Assembly (NCBI RefSeq): GCF_004010195.1
Contig: NC_057719.1
Span: forward strand, 33,255,520 to 33,319,519
DNA: 64,000 nt
Reading direction: 5' to 3'
Source: Chiloscyllium plagiosum
Taxonomy: Eukaryota
Positions 26,251 to 38,900 of the stretch are shown here, one piece after another. The position numbers and the translations under genes are program-made. Below the pieces are notes generated by a model. It was not told the origin of the DNA. It searched no databases and saw only the letters and a program-made list of their open reading frames with translations. Each line of letters begins with the position of its first letter. Position 1 is the first letter of the stretch.

Positions 26251-28548
26251 TTAAGATTTTGAAAAGTTGAGAAACTCTTACTGAGTGAGAGCACTATATA
26301 CAATTGCAGAGAGTAGCTATGTTGGAGGCTTTGCAATGATACATGAATTCTTGTCTTGCAAAATGGAGTATGTGCATTATGTAATGTGAAAATTTCTACA
26401 GCAATTTGAGTATCCACATCAATAACACATACAACAGCTGACTCGCAAAATTAAACTACACCATTTCTCATCTGAATGCACGTAATACTGAAAAAGTTAC
26501 CTCCAAAAATCAATGAACTAAACAGTGCCCAACACTGTCCTCCCAAACACTAGATCTAATGGAAATTTAGATTATTTGTTTTGCTGTGTCTTCATTGTGT
26601 ATTGAAAATCTAACCAAGAGTGTTATCCCTGTTAATGTTGCAACTCTAGACACATAAGTAAGCTGCTTTGGTTGGTGCTAAGCTCAGTTATTAAGGCTAA
26701 TGAAATGGTATTTGCATCAGTTCAGCTGGTGGCACTTAAACAGCAAAGGATTCTGTGCATTAGCATCCTGAGGGCTTTTAACCTCAGAAAATGACTCTGC
26801 CTGGAGTTTGAAAGGCCACATAAATCAATATAATAGATGCAAACCACTCATAACCGAGAAATCAAACACAGTGTATTGCTGACAGTAATGTGGTCTGTAG
26901 ACTGCTTGGAATCACTTGCTGCTTCCAGAAACCCTTGTAACCCTGTAGTACAAAGCTCATCTTTCACTGTGTGCCTCTAATGTGCTCATTGAAAGCATTC
27001 AAACCTCTGTTTGTTTGATGATGCTTGGCACCTGTGTTGGGTTACACTGCCAAGGTGTGAAGCAATAATTGCAACTAAATGCCAGTACAGTCGCTTATCC
27101 CTTTGCTTGTAAATTTTGGTCAGGTTTCTTTTGGCTGCTGCAGGAAAGATGGTAATCAAGTATCTGATCCACCTCAGTAATCACTTTATGGATGGATAGG
27201 GGCAACAAAACAAATAGGTCAAGATACCACTGTGAGTGCGAATGCGGTTATTATGGTAACAAAAACTAAACCAGTGCTAAGAATTCCTTCATTATAATAA
27301 TGATCTTGTAGCATTTGAAACACGTTACTAAGATCATGATGTTGAGTCATGTAAACAGAATTATCCTCTACTTTTAGTCTGTAACAACAATTTTACTGGA
27401 GAGCAGCTGATAGTTCAAGTTTCAAGGCCTAACCATTTAACTTGCATATAAACACTTAACAACTGGAGCTCCTCAGAGAATTATAGAAAAGTATTGGTCT
27501 ATAATGGTTTAGATTTTGCTGTGAGCTAGCAAGGTTCAGTTTTCACCATTCACCTTGCTTACAGCTGCCCACAGATCTTTTGCAGGTTTATTGGCAATGA
27601 TTCCCAGTAATCCTTTGCCAATTTGAATTCAGTGTCCTGTGAAGGACACCTCTGTGGGGTCGATGGAAAGGACAAGTAATCGGGAGACTTCTCAATCAAA
27701 CAAAATTAAAGCACTTTCAATGAGGTCCAGGATCAGTAAAGAAGTAGTAAGCAAAAACAAATTACATGTAAATTATATTTGAAGAACAATTAAGATTAAT
27801 AAATGCAAATGGGAATGAGAGAAAGATATGCAAGAGAAAGACAGGAAAACATTTTCAAAAGAAAAAGAAAACACAAATTTAATTTCTTTATGAGTGCAAG
27901 GGACTATATGCATAAATTATTTTTTTCAAGGTTAGAGAGATTGTTCAGCTGCCCAAAGGTGCACAGATGCTGAAAGAAGATTAAGCTCAAATTGGCTATA
28001 ATAGAATCCTACATCAAATACAGCATCCATTTGGTCCATCATGACTTTTCTGGCTCATTAAAAATGTTATCCTATTAGTTTCATGCCCTACCTCTAATTT
28101 GTGTATTTACTTGACTACACTCAACGTTGGCTGCATGCATGTTGGCTCATTTATTCTTTAATCGGTCTTCAAGTGTTTGACTGTGTTGTGCATGCATTCT
28201 TGTCAAGGAGAAGGTGTATGACTGCAGCCCTTGCATATTTAAAAAAAAACACATTTCTATAACGGCCAAAAACTTCCCTAACCTGTGCTGTTTCTACCTT
28301 CAAAAGCTGCCTTAAAACATAACTTTTTAATCTTCAGTAACATCCTCTAACTATCCTGCTGTTCCAACTTTGCCTCAAACCATAAAGTATCTTTGCATAG
28401 TCTTGGAGATTCCTATCAAAGCAGGGTTCAAGCCTCCAATTGCAATTTTTTTATATGCCAAGTCAGGGCTGCATGACATGCATTGACACTTCAGGCAATT
28501 CTTGCTGTTTAGGATGTAGGTTTGCTCACTGAGCTGTAGGTTTGATAT

Positions 28549-28588
28549 CCAGATGTTTCATTACCTGGCTAGGTAACATCGTCAGTGG
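28549..28588 (-). ncRNA. Minimal hammerhead ribozyme motif (family B), cleavage triplet mutated to AUC
   Basis: Reverse complement: cca CTGACGA t gttacct-agcc-aggtaat GAAA c ATC tgg. Confidence 0.7.
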
Positions 28589-28960
28589 TGACCTCCAAGT
28601 GAAGTGAAGCTATTGTCTCCTGCATTCTATTTATATGTTTGTTCTGAATGGGGTTCCTGGGGTTTGTGGTGATGTCATTTCCTGTTCGTTTTCTGAGGGG
28701 TTGATAGATGGCATCGAGATCTATGTGTTTGTTTATGGCGCTGTGGTTGGAGTGCCAGGCCTCTACGAATTCTCTGGCATGTCTTTGCTTAGCCTGTCCC
28801 AGGATTGATGTGTTGTCCCAGTCGAAATAGTGTTTTTTTTCCCTCCGTGTGTAGGGCTACGAGGGAGAGAGGGTCGTGACTTTTTGTGGCTAGCTGGTGT
28901 TCATGTATTCTGGTGGCTAACTTTCTTCCTGTTTGTCCTACGTAATGTTTATGGCAGTCG

Positions 28961-29271
28961 AGATTAGATTATTAGATTACTTTACAGTGTGGAAACAGGT
29001 CCTTCGGCCCAACAAGTCCACACCGACCCGCCGAAGCGCAACCCACCCATACCCCTACATTTACCTCTTACCTAACACTACGGGCATAGCCAAATCACCT
29101 GGCCTGCACATCTTTGGACTGTGGGAGGAAACCGGAGCACCCGGAGGAAACCCCCGCAGACACGGGGAGAATGTGCAAACTCCACACAGTCAGTCGCCTG
29201 AGGCGGGAACTGAACCCCTTGGGTCTCTGGCGCTGTGAGGCAGCAGTGCTAACCACTGTGCCACCGTGCCG
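28961..29271 (-). mobile_element. Young HE1-type V-SINE nested in Penelope element
   Basis: Near-consensus, CpG-rich copy; host sequence ggcagtc|...|gtccttgcatgg matches the uninterrupted sequence at 45209-45240. Confidence 0.92.
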
Positions 29272-29404
29272 TCCTTGCATGGAATTTTGTAGACGACATT
29301 GGTTTTGTCCATGGGTTGTACTGGGTCTTTTAAGTTTGTTAGTTTTTGTTTGAGAGTGTTGGTGGGTTTATGTGCTACTAGGATTCCGAGGGGTCTTAGT
29401 AGTC

Positions 29405-30180
29405 TGGCTTGATGATGAGATCGGGATTGGAGCAGAGGGAATGTAGGGCTGCACGTTGTGATGGTGAAAGGTTGGGGCAGCAGTTGGAAATGAAGAGGTC
29501 GAGGGCAGGTAATAGGCCAGTGCGGGGTGTCCAGGTGGAGGCAGGTAATAGGGCAGCGCGGGATGTCCAGGTGGAGGCAGGTAATAGGCCAGCGCGGCAT
29601 GTCTTATCCCCTCTAGTCCAGGAACTCCCCACAAACGTTCGAGACACTACCCATGCCCTTTACCTCCTCCAAGACTTCCATTTCCCTGGCCCCCAATGCC
29701 TCATCTTCACCATGAATATCCAACTCCTCTACACCTCCATCCGCTATGACCAGGGCCTCCAAGTCCTCAGTTTTTTCCTCTCCCGACGTCCCCAATAGTA
29801 CCCTTCCACCGACGCTCTCATTAGTTTGGCTGAACTGGTCCTCACCCTTAACAATTTCTCCTTCGAATCCTCCCACTTCCTCCAGACCAAAGGGGTAGCT
29901 ATGGGCACACGTATGGGCCCCAGCTATGCCTGTCTCTTTGTTGGCTATGTAGAACAATCGATCTTCCGTAATTACACCGGCACCACTCCCCACCTCTTCC
30001 TCCACTACATTGATGACTGCATTGGCGCCAACTCGTGCTCCCGCGAGGAGGTTGAGCAATTCATCAACTTCACCAACACATTCCACCCTGACCTTAAATT
30101 TAACTGGACCATCTCTGACACCTCCCTCCCCCTCCTGGACCTCTCCATCTCCATCAGTGACGACAGACTTGACACTGACA
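29405..30180 (+). mobile_element. Penelope-like reverse transcriptase fragment (probably family A) with inverted 5' segment
   Basis: ORF 29826: LAELVLTLNNFSFESSHFLQTKGVAMGTRMGPSYACLF...HYIDDCIG...FTNTFHPDLKFNWTIS..LPLLDLSI, typical Penelope RT motifs. 29405-29600 encodes the upstream NLSPSQRAALHSLCSNPDLIIKP segment on the minus strand. Truncated by the N gap. Confidence 0.85.
29504..29597. repeat. 36-bp tandem repeat (~2.6 copies) at the inversion junction
   Basis: Unit ggcaggtaataggccagcgcgggatgtccaggtgga starts at 29504, 29540 and 29576. Confidence 0.9.
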
Positions 30181-30687
30181 NNNNNNNNNNNNNNNNNNNN
30201 NNNNNNNNNNNNNNNNNNNNNNNNNNNNNNNNNNNNNNNNNNNNNNNNNNNNNNNNNNNNNNNNNNNNNNNNNNNNNNNNNNNNNNNNNNNNNNNNNNNN
30301 NNNNNNNNNNNNNNNNNNNNNNNNNNNNNNNNNNNNNNNNNNNNNNNNNNNNNNNNNNNNNNNNNNNNNNNNNNNNNNNNNNNNNNNNNNNNNNNNNNNN
30401 NNNNNNNNNNNNNNNNNNNNNNNNNNNNNNNNNNNNNNNNNNNNNNNNNNNNNNNNNNNNNNNNNNNNNNNNNNNNNNNNNNNNNNNNNNNNNNNNNNNN
30501 NNNNNNNNNNNNNNNNNNNNNNNNNNNNNNNNNNNNNNNNNNNNNNNNNNNNNNNNNNNNNNNNNNNNNNNNNNNNNNNNNNNNNNNNNNNNNNNNNNNN
30601 NNNNNNNNNNNNNNNNNNNNNNNNNNNNNNNNNNNNNNNNNNNNNNNNNNNNNNNNNNNNNNNNNNNNNNNNNNNNNNNNNNNNNNN

Positions 30688-30843
30688 TTGGATGTGAGCA
30701 TAACAGGTATAGTTAGTAAGTTTGTAGATGACACCAAAATTGGAGGTGTAGTGGACAGCGAAGAAGGTCATCTCAGATTACAACAGGATTTTGATCAGAT
30801 GGGCCAATGGGCTGAGAAATGGCAGATGGAGTTTAATTCAGAT
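30688..30843 (+). mobile_element. CR1 RT fragment adjoining assembly gap
   Basis: LDVSITGIVSKFVDDTKIGGVVDSEEG...WAEKWQMEFNSD; nearly the same as 49237-49393. Confidence 0.85.
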
Positions 30844-31064
30844 AACGAACAGGAAATGACATCACCACAAACCCCAGGAACCCCATCCAGGACAAACATA
30901 TAAGTAGAAAGCAGGAGACAACAGCTTTGCTTCACTTGGAGGTCGCCACTGATGATGTTACCTAGCCAGGTAATGAAACGTCTGGATATCAAACTTACAG
31001 CTCAGCGAGCAAACCTACACTCTAAACCTCAACCTGAGCTACAAACCTTCATAAACCTTGCAAT
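30844..31064 (+). mobile_element. Penelope family B pseudo-LTR (inverted relative to 28511-28690)
   Basis: aacgaacaggaaatgacatcaccacaaaccccagg...gcaaacctaca is the reverse complement of 28515-28690; followed by target-site duplication aattcttgctgttt (31065-31078 = 28497-28510). Confidence 0.85.
30946..30985 (+). ncRNA. Minimal hammerhead ribozyme motif (family B), core intact
   Basis: cca CTGATGA t gttacct-agcc-aggtaat GAAA c GTC tgg: stem I cca/tgg, 7-bp stem II, palindromic ACGT in place of stem III. Confidence 0.8.
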
Positions 31065-32898
31065 AATTCTTGCTGTTTTCACACTGACTAATTCTATACC
31101 GTATCAACCTGCAAACATAGGTATTTGCTCAGCTTAAATACTAAATATGTGGTTTGAGGAATATATATCTCAAGTGAGTTCTTGGTGGCTGCTACATTCA
31201 TTATGTCTTTTAGTTCCTGCAAGTAAGGAATAATCACCCTTTTAGACTCAAATGTTTGTACTTCATCAAGCGTATTTCCTCCGGTTCTTCATGTGGTTGC
31301 ATGGAGGCTTATTACTCAACAGCTGAAACAGAAAATGTGATGCTCTGGATATAGATTCCATTAATAATCAATTCATAACTCTTTATGAATTATGTAACTA
31401 AAGACCATCCTTCCTTCTTGAAAGTGTTTTGCCTCTAGATCAATATAACCATTACATTCATTAACTTTGTTCTGGATAATTTAAACTGTATAAGGTTAAT
31501 GATCACTGCCGTAATTCAACTGAACACCTTAAGAATCTGTGTTGGCTGTTTGTCTCAAGATGTTATTCATACTATCACTTAAGTGGTAGGGTCTTGTGTC
31601 TCTATCTTGCAGATTTGGCATTCATCATTCCCATTGGAGAATTGGCTTACACTGTAATGTTTTAAAACTATGATTCCATCACACAAGTATTCTAGAATCA
31701 AAGGTATGATATCTTTAAAACTACGGGGACTAGCAGAAACAGCATTTTAAATGGTTTTAATGTTGAATTAGATTGAAATAAATCAATCCAAATTAGTGCC
31801 ACTAATAACAAGAGAAAAATTGATTGAAATGTGCAAATTAAAATTATTTTCCACAGAAATAATGCATAGCTACTGCTCGTGATAAATTGTGAGGCTGATG
31901 CTGCAAAGTCATTTCGGAATTTCACGCAATAAAGTACTTTTAGAAATTTTAACAGGCACCTGGTGAAGAGGGAAAGGTCAGCTAGCTCCTTTAGAGGTCA
32001 GAAAAGAAAAGGTAAGAATTTATGTACAACTGTGAGATGAATGGGACTGACAATAAAAATCAGGTCAGAGATTTTCAGCAATTCAGCTCACCTCTTCCGC
32101 CAAAGTCAATTCATCCAACTCAGTAACATGAGTTTCTGGGCTGAGGTAAGAGTCAGTTCATGCTGTTGATTTTCTGAACAAGTGTTATGATCCCAGCTGA
32201 TGGTACTACTAGACAAGTCAGATTTCAGAGTAAAACCTGGTTTGTTAGATCATAAATGTAATTTTAGCTTTCTGTTTACTTGGTGATCAGTCATTGATCA
32301 TTTTTCTAAGATGGCTGCTAACATACTTTAAACAAAACAACATAAAAAGTTTGTCATTCAAAAGAAAACAAAAACATAAACATTATTATTCTTTAAAAGA
32401 ACGGCATGAAAAAAAACTTTATTACAAATATCAGATATAAAGATTCATCTTTTAACTGACAACAAGCACCTTCAAACTCTCAAACCTCAGTGAAAGTCAC
32501 TTTATCTGCATTCTAAAGACCCTTATTCCATCAAGGACTGTAATTAGTTTATTTTTAGGAATTTTTCTGCATTCATTTGTTGCTTCCTTTTAGTTAATAC
32601 CTCTTCCTTAGACCCACAAATAAATTGCTATCTTATTTCTTAAGATAGATTCATGATACTCCTCTTCCTTATCCTCTGTTTTCTAGAACCTTTCTCTTTG
32701 TGACACATTAGCCACTCAAGTCTTCTGAAGGACCTTCTTCTCTCCAACTGAAACTGAAAAAGCACACTGCTTTTTGAAAGTAATTTGACTATTATCCTGT
32801 TTCCCTCTGTCATTGGACATCTTGTTGCTAAGCGACAGGGTAATTATTTTGCTCTCCTCTACCCATGTTTTTAATGTATTGAACTACTCGCCTCAAGA

Positions 32899-33225
32899 GC
32901 TCAGATTGTAAGTTTGCTCACAGAGTTGGAAGGTTAGTGCTCAGATGTTTCATCACCACTTTAGGTAGCATCATCAGTGAGCCTTCGTTGAAGCACTGGT
33001 GTACTGTCCCACTTTCTGTTTGTGTGTCTGGGTCTGTTGTAGTGGGTGATATCACTTCTGGTTCTTTTTCTGAGAGGTTGGTAAATGGCCAAATCAATGT
33101 GTTTGTTGATGGAGTTTTGGTTTGAATGCCAGGCCTCGAGCAATTCCCATATGTGCCTTAGTTTAGCTTGTGCCAGGATAGATGTATTGTCCCAGCTGAA
33201 CTAGTGTCCCTCGTTGTCTGTGTGA
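32899..33225 (-). mobile_element. Older Penelope family B 3' fragment with pLTR and hammerhead motif (32940-32981)
   Basis: ORF 32961-33143 LEAWHSNQNSINKHIDLAIYQPLRKRT; reverse complement ctca CTGATGA t gctacctaaagtggtgat GAAA c ATC tgag. Confidence 0.75.
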
Positions 33226-33936
33226 CTTACCTTCCAGAGGCAAATGAGAGTTGGCTGCGTGCTCTGTTTCACAAGACATGGCTCACTCCTGCCATACTTG
33301 ACTGTGCCTTGCAAGCTGACAGGTTCTTTGTACATCGCATGGACCGCACGGCATCCTCATGTCAGGCAAAGGACAGTGGGTTATGCTTCCTGATCAACAG
33401 CTCCTGGTGCTCAGACATGGCGACCCTAGCTAGCCACTGCTCCCTGGACCTAGAATACCTTACAGTGAAATGTCATCCCTACTATCTGCCGTGTAGGTTC
33501 ATCTCCTCCATCCTAAAAGCAGTCTATGTACAATCCCAGGTGGATATGAAGAATGCCCTGGATGAAATCTACACTGCCGCAAAACTCTGATGATGAAATT
33601 CCCTGTGACCTTATTCATCATGGCCGGCAACATCAACCTGGCCAACCTTAAGAGGGTGCTGTCAAAGTCCCACCAACGCATCCCCTGCCCCACCAGAGGA
33701 CTGAACACCCTGGACCACTGCTACACAACCAACAAAGATCCTACTGCTCCATCCACCACCGACACTGCAGAAAATCACTGTGTTCCTCCTCCCAGCTCAC
33801 AAGCAGAAGCTGAACCGAGAAGACCCTTCACAAAGAGAAGTGTAATGCTACTCCGAAGTAGCGAAAGACCATCTCTAGGACTGCTTGGAGTTGGTGGACT
33901 GGACCGTGTTCAAGTACTCAGCAGAAAACAGAGTAA

Positions 33937-35300
33937 AGATCCTTTGATAAGGTTCCCCATGGAAGGCTCATTCAGAAAGTTAGAAGGTATGGGATACAGG
34001 GAAATTTGGCTGTCTAGATAAAGAATTGGCAGGCCAAAAGAAGACAGCGAGTGGTAGTGGATGGAAAGTATTCTGCACGGAGGTCGGTGACCGGTCGTGT
34101 CCTGCAGGAATCTGCTTTTGGGCCTCTGCTCTTTGTAGATTTTATAAATGACTTGGAGGAAGATATGGAAGGGTGGGTTAGTGAGTTTGCCGATGTCACA
34201 AAGGTTGGTGGAGTTATTGGCTAGTGTTGAGGGTTGTTACAGGCTACAAGACATTGACAGGATGCAGAGCTAGGAAGTGGCAGATGGACATCAACCTGGA
34301 TAAGTGTGAAATGATTCATTTTAGAAGGTTGAATTTGAATGCTGAACACAAGGTTAAAGACAAGTTTCTTAGCAGTGTGGAGGAACAGCAGGATCTTGGT
34401 GTCCATGTACACAGAGCCCTCAAAGTTGCCACCCACCTTGATAGGGTTATTAAGAAGGTGTATAGTGTTTTGGATTTCATTAACAGGGGGATTGAGTTTC
34501 AGAGTCAGGAGGTTTTGCTGCAGCTGGTTCGACTACACTTGGAACATTGCGTCAAGTTGAAAGGGTTCAGAAAAGATTTACAAGGATGTTGCCAGGCTTG
34601 TAGGATCTGAGCTGCAGGGAGAGGCTGAACAGGGTGGGACTGTTTTTCCTGGAGTGTCGGAGGCTGAGGGGTGACCTTATAGAGGTTTACAAAATTATGA
34701 GGGGCATGGATAGAGTAGCTAGGCAAAGTCTTTTCCCTGGGTTTGGGGAGTCCAGAACTAGAGGGCATAGGTTTAGGGTGAGAGGAGAAAGAGATAAAAG
34801 AGACCTAAGGGGCAACATTTTCACACAGAGGGTGGTGGTGTATGGAAGGAGCTGCCAGAGGATGTGGTGGAGGCTGGTACAATTGCAACTTTTAAGAGGT
34901 ATTTGGATGGGTATATGAATAGGAAGGGTTTGGAGAGATATGGGCCGGGTGCTGGCAGGTGGGACTAGATTGGGTTGGGATATCTGGTCAGCACGGATGG
35001 GTTGGACCGAAGGGTCTGTTTCCATGCTGTACATCTCTATGACTCTAAGTTCTGGTCACCTCATTATAAGAAGGATGTTGATGCTTTAGAGAGGATGCAG
35101 AGGAGATTTACCAGGATGCTGCCTGGATTAGAGGGCTTGTCTCATGAAGAGAGTTTGAATGACCTCGGGCTTTTCACAGTGAAGAGAAGAAGGAAGTGAG
35201 GTGACTTGAAAGAGGCATACAAGGTAATGAGAGGCATAGGTAGAGTAGATAGGCAGAGGTAGGTTCTTTATGCAGAGAGTGGTGGGTGCATGGAACGCAC
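33937..35300 (+). mobile_element. CR1 LINE nested in Rex1, itself containing a younger CR1 3' end (34559-35046)
   Basis: CR1 RT peptides in ORFs 34224-34610 and 34634-34918; inner element is flanked by aagtt at 34554-34558 and 35047-35051, after which the outer element resumes. Confidence 0.85.
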
Positions 35301-35529
35301 TGTGAGATGGATGAACCAGGAAATCCACTCCCTACTGAAGACCAGGCATGCAGCATTCAAGTTAGATGACACAGAACTATACAGGCAATCCAGATATGAC
35401 CACTGCAAATCCAGCAGGGATGCCAAGAGGCAGAACTGGATCAAGTTAGAGGCCCAAACCAACTATACAGACATCCGCTGTCTGTGGCAAGGCCTAAACA
35501 ACATAACAGGACACAAAATAAAGCAGCTG

Positions 35530-35960
35530 AAAATGTCTTGCTGGAAAAGCGCAGCAGGTCAGGCAGCATCCAAGGAACAGGAGAATCGACGTTTCGGGCA
35601 TAAGCCCTTCTTCAGGAATGAGGAAAGTGTGTCCAGCAGGCTAAGATAAAAGGTAGGGAGGAGGGACTTGGGGGAGGGGCTTTGGAAATGAGATAGGTGG
35701 AGGGAGGTCAAGGTGAGGGTGATAGGCCGGAGTGGGGTGGGGGCGGAGAGGTCAGGAAGATGATTGCAGGTTAGGAAGGCGGTGCTGAGTTCGAGGGATT
35801 TGACTGAGACAAGGTGGGGGGAGGGGAAATGAGGAAACTGGAGAAGTCTGAGTTCATCCCTTGTGGTTGGAGGGTTCCCAGACAGAAGATGAGGCGCTCT
35901 TCCTCCAACCGTCATGTTGCCATGGTCTGGCACTGGAGGAGTCCAAGGACCTGCATGTCC
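35530..35960 (-). mobile_element. Penelope-like (family A) 3' end with pLTR
   Basis: Minus strand: DMQVLGLLQCQT..RRLEEERLIFCLGTLQPQGMNSDFSSF (GIY-YIG C-terminus), C-rich spacer, then the hammerhead-containing pLTR. Confidence 0.85.
35584..35619 (-). ncRNA. Minimal hammerhead ribozyme motif (family A), core intact, in MDGA2 sense orientation
   Basis: Reverse complement: attc CTGAAGA a gggc-ttat-gccc GAAA c GTC gatt. Confidence 0.75.
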
Positions 35961-38900
35961 CGCTGTTCATGGCCCGCGACAGTTCTAATCTCCCAGCTTG
36001 TCTCAGTCCCCCTACAATTTGCCTACCAGTGAAACAGGTCCACAGCGGACACCATTTGCCTGGCCCTGCACTCATCGCTGGAACATCGAGAAAACAAGGA
36101 CACCTACGTCAGACTCCTGTTCATCAACTACAGGTTCACCTTCAACACCATTATCTCCTCCGGACTGATCTTAAAGCTCTGAGACCTAGGCCTCAGCTCC
36201 ACCCGTTGGAACTGAGTCCTCAGCTTCCTGATCTATAGACCGCAAAAAAATGAAGACAGACCACTGCACCTCCTCTACACTAAAACTCAACACTGGAACC
36301 CCCCAGGGATGTGTTCTGAGCTCCCTACTGTATTCCCTGTACACCCACGACTGTGTCGTCAAATTTCAAATGAACATCATCTACAACTTTGCAGATGACA
36401 TCAGTGTGGGAGGACGGATATCTAACAACAATGAGTCAGAATACAGAAAGGAGATGGTGACATGGTGCAATGATAACATCACCAAAATTAAAGAACTGAT
36501 CATTGACTTCAGAAAGAAAGGAGGAGATCACACCCCAATGAATTGGAAGTTGAGAGGGTGGAGAGCGTCAAGTTCTAGGAGTGACGATAACTAACAATCA
36601 GGTCCTGGATCTCCCATGTAGATGAGATGGTCAAGAAGGCACAACAACACCTCTTCTTCCTCAGGCAGCTTAGGAAATTTGGCATTTCCAAAAGGACCCT
36701 CATCAACTTTTACCATGGAAAACGTACTGTCCGGGTGCATAGCCCAGACCATCACGTAAGCCAACTTGCCATCCATGGACTCCACTTACAGCTCTCATGC
36801 AGCAGAAAGGTGGCCAACATCATCAAAGACCCATTTCATCCCCGTAATGCTCTCTTACAACCTCCTCTGTCAGGCTGAAGACACAGAAGCTTCAACACAC
36901 GCACCAGCAGGCTCGGGAACAGCTTCTTCCCTGCCGTTATTAGACTAATGAATGGATTCTCTAACTTCAAATGGCATTTATCATGTTAATGTTGATCTTG
37001 CTGCATATAGTCCTGTATGGTGTAACCTGTATGCCTCACTCTGTCCAAGTGTATTTCACCTTATGATCTGTATGTCCTTGCTTATTATGATCTGCCTGCG
37101 CTGCTCACAAAGTTTTTCACTGTATACGTCACAATAAATCAAATGGATCAGTCAATCAGGAAGAAGGTAGAAGTGGGCTATGCTTGTCTGGAGGAATTTG
37201 AAATAGGAAGCTATGCATGGGAGAACTCTGGAGGAGACGAGGTAACTGGCAAATCCTGGAAATGTCTAGGGGAGAGAGAAGGAAGTGTTTGAGAGTTGAC
37301 ATTCAGTCTGCTTCAGGTCAGCAAACCAGATGACAACAGCACCACCCTTCTAAACAAAGGTTTGATAACAAAGTCAGGGTTAGCCCGGAGAGAACAGAGT
37401 GTAGCAAATTCAGAGGGAGACAGGTCAGCCAAGTGAGGGGAACAGAGAAATTAAAGCAGCCAATGTCATGTTGCCAGTTCTCAATGAGAGATTGGATGCC
37501 AAAAAAAGACCAAAGGGAGAGCTCTGGGTGGTGGGGAATATTGGAGACAGATGAAAAGGGCCTTTGAAGTGAGCACAGGTTAGGCTTAGGGTCCTGACAA
37601 ATGAAGTGGGCAACAAGGCAAGTACAACAGAAGAAAACATTATGAAGGACTTTGTGACTGTGAGTGACAATAAATATGCTGAGTAAATTTCCAGGCCAGT
37701 TTGTAAGCTCTGTCTGAGTATCTTCTGAGTATTTCTGTGTCTTCCACTTAATGTATAATCTATTATATATAATGGACAAAAAATTGCCTATTAAGGTTAA
37801 GTTGTGTTTAAATTGAGTTGATTCTGGCCGAAACACTGTATTACTCAAGAGAGTATTTAATGTTTTTTTGTAAGATTCTTGTACAATAACAATTAATTTG
37901 CTTCCAATCATGGAATCTTGTGGCTCCATTCTTTTAGGAAATAACTGAATTTCAGATATTTTCTTTTCAAATATACATTTATTGGTGGAACACACTGATC
38001 ATAATACTGGAGCATTATTGAACATATTTCCTGCAGTTTTTTAATGTGTCTGGTGGTCTAAAACGTCATGGTTTGGTATGTAGTTGCAACCCAACAGTAA
38101 ATGTAGCACAGCCAGATATACATTCCGATGGTAATCAGTACCTAACTCTTAACTATGTTACAACAAAATAGCAACATCAATCTATTTTGCTTTAGTCCAG
38201 TGTGTAAATTGTCCACAAAAATGTGCCCTCAACGTTTTGGAGGATTGGCCTGCCATCTCCAGAGTTCAGAGACTGATTTCCCAAACAATGTGATAGGTCA
38301 GGTGATGAAACCTCCACAAATAGCTCCCATAATGCATAAAGTAAGAAGAATGGACAATGTGAGGCACATTGCTTCCAAAATGTGTTCTACTATTCGCTGT
38401 CTTTTTTTAAAAAATCGGACTGATGAGAAAATATTAAGTATTAAGGCGCGATATAAATCCGAACAAGATATTGCTCACCTCCTCTTATGTGATGTTAAAT
38501 GTTCACCACAGATGCAGTTGTTTCTTTTCTAAAGCAAGATTGTTAACATTGGATCATTGTGTGGAGTCGTTTGGGGTGAATGTGCTGCAATATTTAAACG
38601 AGATATTTCATGCCAAAGATATGCATTTTGATTCCAAAGTGCCTTCCATTTTTGCATATATTATGAATGCAATAATGTGCACTTCTATTACCCATAGGTC
38701 AGTTTGAGGAAGGGGCAAAATACAACGTAACCACAAAGATTTAAAAACACATGATCACCTATGGAATTTTGCTCAGTTTCAGCTAATAAGCTGATTCAGT
38801 AAGTGCCATTTTAGAGTTTCTTTACAATTATAAAAAAGTATATTCTTCATGCTTTTAATGAGAGGGTGTGAACTGGCAGCTAGCATATGAAACATAGACC

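Larger units (their letters stand above)
28511..29410 (-). mobile_element. Penelope-like element (family B, Poseidon-like): GIY-YIG endonuclease region plus pLTR, interrupted by an HE1 SINE
   Basis: Minus-strand peptide ARLLRPLGILVAHKPTNTLKQKLTNLKDPVQPMDKTNVVYKIPCKD resumes across the SINE (..HYVGQTGRKL.., ..EFVEAWHS..); pLTR contains a hammerhead motif. Confidence 0.85.
33255..37143 (+). mobile_element. Rex1/Babar-clade LINE, fragmented (33255-33930, 35306-35529, 35961-37143) by nested CR1 and Penelope insertions
   Basis: APE-like FHKTWLTPAI..HRMDRTASS..GLCFLINSSWC..LEYLTVKCHPYYLP and LDHCYT; RT-like LNTGTPQGCVLSSLLYSLYTHDC..NFADD; VKKAQQHLFFLRQLRKFG; tail acaataaatcaaat. Confidence 0.85.

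Noticed and set aside
26300..28000. Repeat-poor AT-rich stretches (also ~15100-16500, 38000-39600, 41700-43300) as possible conserved non-coding enhancers
   Set aside because: Plausible for a neural gene but cannot be supported without cross-species alignment.
29504..29597. 36-bp repeats resembling a CRISPR repeat length
   Set aside because: Head-to-tail tandem copies with no spacers, eukaryotic context, no cas genes.
29613..30903. Long ORFs (205-374 aa) spanning the second gap
   Set aside because: Length comes from Ns; the two sides belong to different retroelements (Penelope RT and CR1 RT).
37318..37995. 225-aa minus-strand ORF
   Set aside because: No recognisable domain, does not fit the MDGA2 protein between Ig2 and Ig3, and has low-complexity intronic composition.
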